From Malacoraja senta (Eukaryota): DNA of 64,000 bases. This document shows, one piece after another, positions 61,315 to 64,000 of this stretch (position 1 is its first letter; each line of letters starts with the position of its first letter). The notes beneath the pieces are model-generated. The model searched no databases. It had not been told where the DNA came from and was given only the letters and a program-made list of their open reading frames with translations. The stretch covers positions 14,448,001-14,512,000 of the forward strand of contig CM075989.1 in the NCBI GenBank assembly GCA_038087875.1, given 5' to 3'. The position numbers and the translations under genes are program-made.

Positions 61315-62600
61315 TTCATAGAGTCACAGAGTTATACAACACTGAAACAGGCTCTTTGACCCAACTCATCCACACGGCCAAAGTGCTTTCTGAGCTAGTC
61401 CCATTTACTTTCATCTGGCCCATATTCCTCTCAACCTTCCCTAATCTATGTATCTGTCCAAATGTCTTGTCAGCCTTGTAATTGTATCTGCCTCTAGTAT
61501 CTACCTGTTCTATATACCCACATCCTTCTGAGTGCAGAACCTGCCCTCAGGTACCCTTCCCTAACTGGGGAACAAGACTGTACCTCTACCACATCCCTCT
61601 GTAGATCTCTATAAAGTTACCCCTCAGCCTCCTTCACTCCAAGGAAAACAGACCTGCTCTGCCCAGTCTTTCTTCATAACTCAAGCCCTTCAATTTAGCC
61701 CACATTGCTGTGAATCTTTTCTTCACTCTCCCTACCTTAATCACATCCTTCCCATAGTATGGCAACCAGAACTGCACACAATACCCCAGGTATGGCGTCA
61801 GCAACAATATATACAACCGTTAGATGACATCTCAATTCCTACACTCAATGCCTTTACCATATGCCTTCTTCATCAATGTCTACCTGTGTCACCACTTTCA
61901 GGGAAGTATCTACTTGTATCCCAGGATGTCATTGTCCAGGAGCACTCCGCTGGCCTCCACGCCTGTATCCATCTATCACTCGCTAGGCTTTCTCCAGCAC
62001 CTCCTCTCTTCCAGCTTTCCCCCCACCGCCAACAAAATCAGTCTGAAGAAGGGTCCTAACCTGAAACGTCATGTTCTCCAGATATGCTGCCTGACTCCTT
62101 GAGTTACTCCAGCACTTTGTGTCTTTATTTGTAAACCAGCAAGCCCCAGGACTCTCATCACTTCCTGGGCCTTAACATTCACTGTATATGTCCAGGCCTA
62201 GTTTAACTTCCCAAAATACATCTCTTTACATTTGTCTGAGTTCAGATCCATCGACCTGCTTGTCCACTGTTGTAACAGATACTGTTATGACCCAATGAAT
62301 GCAACCTTCTTCACTGTCCAATTTTGGTGTCTTCATTATACTTACTACTCATACCATCCACATTCTCACGTAAGGTGCAATGTTCTCTGTAGTTCCCTTG
62401 TTTAACCCCGCTGTCCTAATTGAATAAAGACGCAACATTAGCCCCCCTTCAGTCTTCTGGAACCTCATCTATGGCTATTAAAGATACAATTATCTCTGCC
62501 GGGGTTCCAGCAGTCACCTCACTTGCTTCCCACAATGTCCTAGGAAACATTAGACACTCCCTGGAGATTTATCCACTGTCTTGTACAATAATCTATCTAC
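61315..62600 (-). mobile_element. Long decayed CR1 fragment interrupted by a Penelope tail (about 61945-62140, plus strand)
   Basis: PYLGYCVQFWLPYYGKDVIKVGRVKKRFT..GLSYEERLG; ctgaagaagggtcctaacctgaaacgtc at 62043. Confidence 0.78.
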
Positions 62601-62854
62601 ACTTCAACTTTAACCTGAAAATTCAGAAAGGATATTTCTCACCTCTGTTTCTCCCTCCACAGATGCCACCTGTGTTTATTTTTCCTGGTTTTCTTTCTTA
62701 TTGCAGATTTCCAACATCTGCCGCATTCTTATTTTGTGATTTTAAAAATTACTGATTTGTTAAAGAATTGAAATCTGAGATACTAGGAGATCATGAAACG
62801 AAACAATAAATCATTAACATTTGGATCCCAGAGTGAATAGCCGTTATCCCAATA

Positions 62855-63150
62855 CAGTGGTGCAGCTGGTAGAGCTGATGCCTCACAGTGCCAGAAACCT
62901 GGGTTCAATCCTGACTTCGGGTGCTGTGTGTGTGGAGTTTGCACGTTCTCCCTGTGACCACGTGGGTTTCCTCCGGGTGCTCCAGTTTCTTCGCACATCC
63001 CAAAGACGTATGGGATTGTAGGTTAATTGGCCTCCATAAAGTGTGTAGGTAATGGATGTGAAAATGGGATAACAGAACTAGGGTGATCGATGGCCGGTGT
63101 GGACTTGGTGGGCTGTAGGGCCTGTTTCCATGCGGTATCTCTAAACCAAA
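62855..63150 (+). mobile_element. HE1/V-SINE-like tRNA SINE
   Basis: agtggtgcagctggtagagc, gggttcaatcc, V core, CR1-type tail. Confidence 0.88.
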
Positions 63151-63732
63151 TTATCATCCTAATACCAGGCAGTGACCCATTCTCCTGAAGGGGTTAGTTG
63201 ATGTAGTGCTGCAGTGAATAGCCATGACAAGAGTGCAGGGAAGTGTGGCTTTCTTACAGTTCTGCTCAAATTAGAATGGGGAAAATATGGAATATTTTTC
63301 AGTTCATCTGTTTATCATTTGAATATTTGTTTGTGCAGTCGGCCATTACAGCATAACCAACAGGCATGTGTGGAAGATTTCAGCACTTGGATCATTAGAC
63401 TGTGCATTGTTCTATGGAAAGAGCTTGTCTATTTCAATAAAGGTCGTGTGAAAGGAAATTAATAGAGGCATTATAGTTCAGCACGACACTTCTGTGAATA
63501 GTGACATCAAATGTTGCAGCGTATAATGACCCTACCGTTTTAAAAACTAGGGAGCTACCAACCCATGAGCCATATGTCCGACATAAGGAACATGTGGGAA
63601 TCTAAAATGAAGAATGTGATTTTAACAACTGCTCGCTTGTTAAAGAATTGTTAAGATCATAAAACTGAGCGTTAAATCATTATCATGTGGATCCCAGAGT
63701 CAACAGCCATTATCCTAATGTTTTTAAGATAA

Positions 63733-63843
63733 CGCAGTGGCGCAACTGGTAGAGCTGCTGCCTCTCAGCACCAGAGACCCAGGTTCAATCCTGACCTTGG
63801 TGCTGTCTGTGTGGAGTTTGCAAGTTCTCCCTGTGACTACGTG
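63733..63843 (+). mobile_element. HE1/V-SINE-like SINE 5' part
   Basis: cagtggcgcaactggtagagc..ggttcaatcctgacc..tgtgtggagtttgca. Confidence 0.82.
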
Positions 63844-64000
63844 ATGTCGTTACACTGGAGATGTAAAACTAATGAGATTGAGCAGGGAGCATATATTTAC
63901 AAAATGAAAGCCAACTTTATTGATCCAAGTTAACTTCATAATAAATTAGTCTTTAGTCAACTTCTATATATGTAGAGGTATGTAAAGTTATGAGATGCAT

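Overview
Vertebrate genomic DNA, most likely a cartilaginous fish (skate/ray-like). This is inferred from the repeat content: HE1/V-SINE-like SINEs sharing 3' tails with CR1 LINEs, abundant CR1, Rex1/Babar and GIY-YIG Penelope fragments. No host protein-coding gene could be supported; the window looks intronic or intergenic and has a 200-N gap at 33521-33720. Most ORFs in the track come from decayed transposons or tandem repeats. The only long intact frame is a 5'-truncated L1 ORF2 (22294-24038, minus) with poly(A) and a 16-bp TSD. Highlights: (1) about 16 copies of a Penelope 3' module carrying a minimal hammerhead-ribozyme core, several inserted alone as 100-140-bp units with target-site duplications; (2) a young CORE-type tRNA SINE with an L2-like tail, resembling teleost SINEs, nested in an internally deleted CR1; (3) a fold-back MITE built from two THAP-transposase 5' ends; (4) three distinct Harbinger-type MITEs; (5) an unexplained CpG-rich hairpin plus tandem-repeat element at about 49.4-50.1 kb. 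Boundaries of old repeats are approximate and family names were assigned by eye, without database searches.
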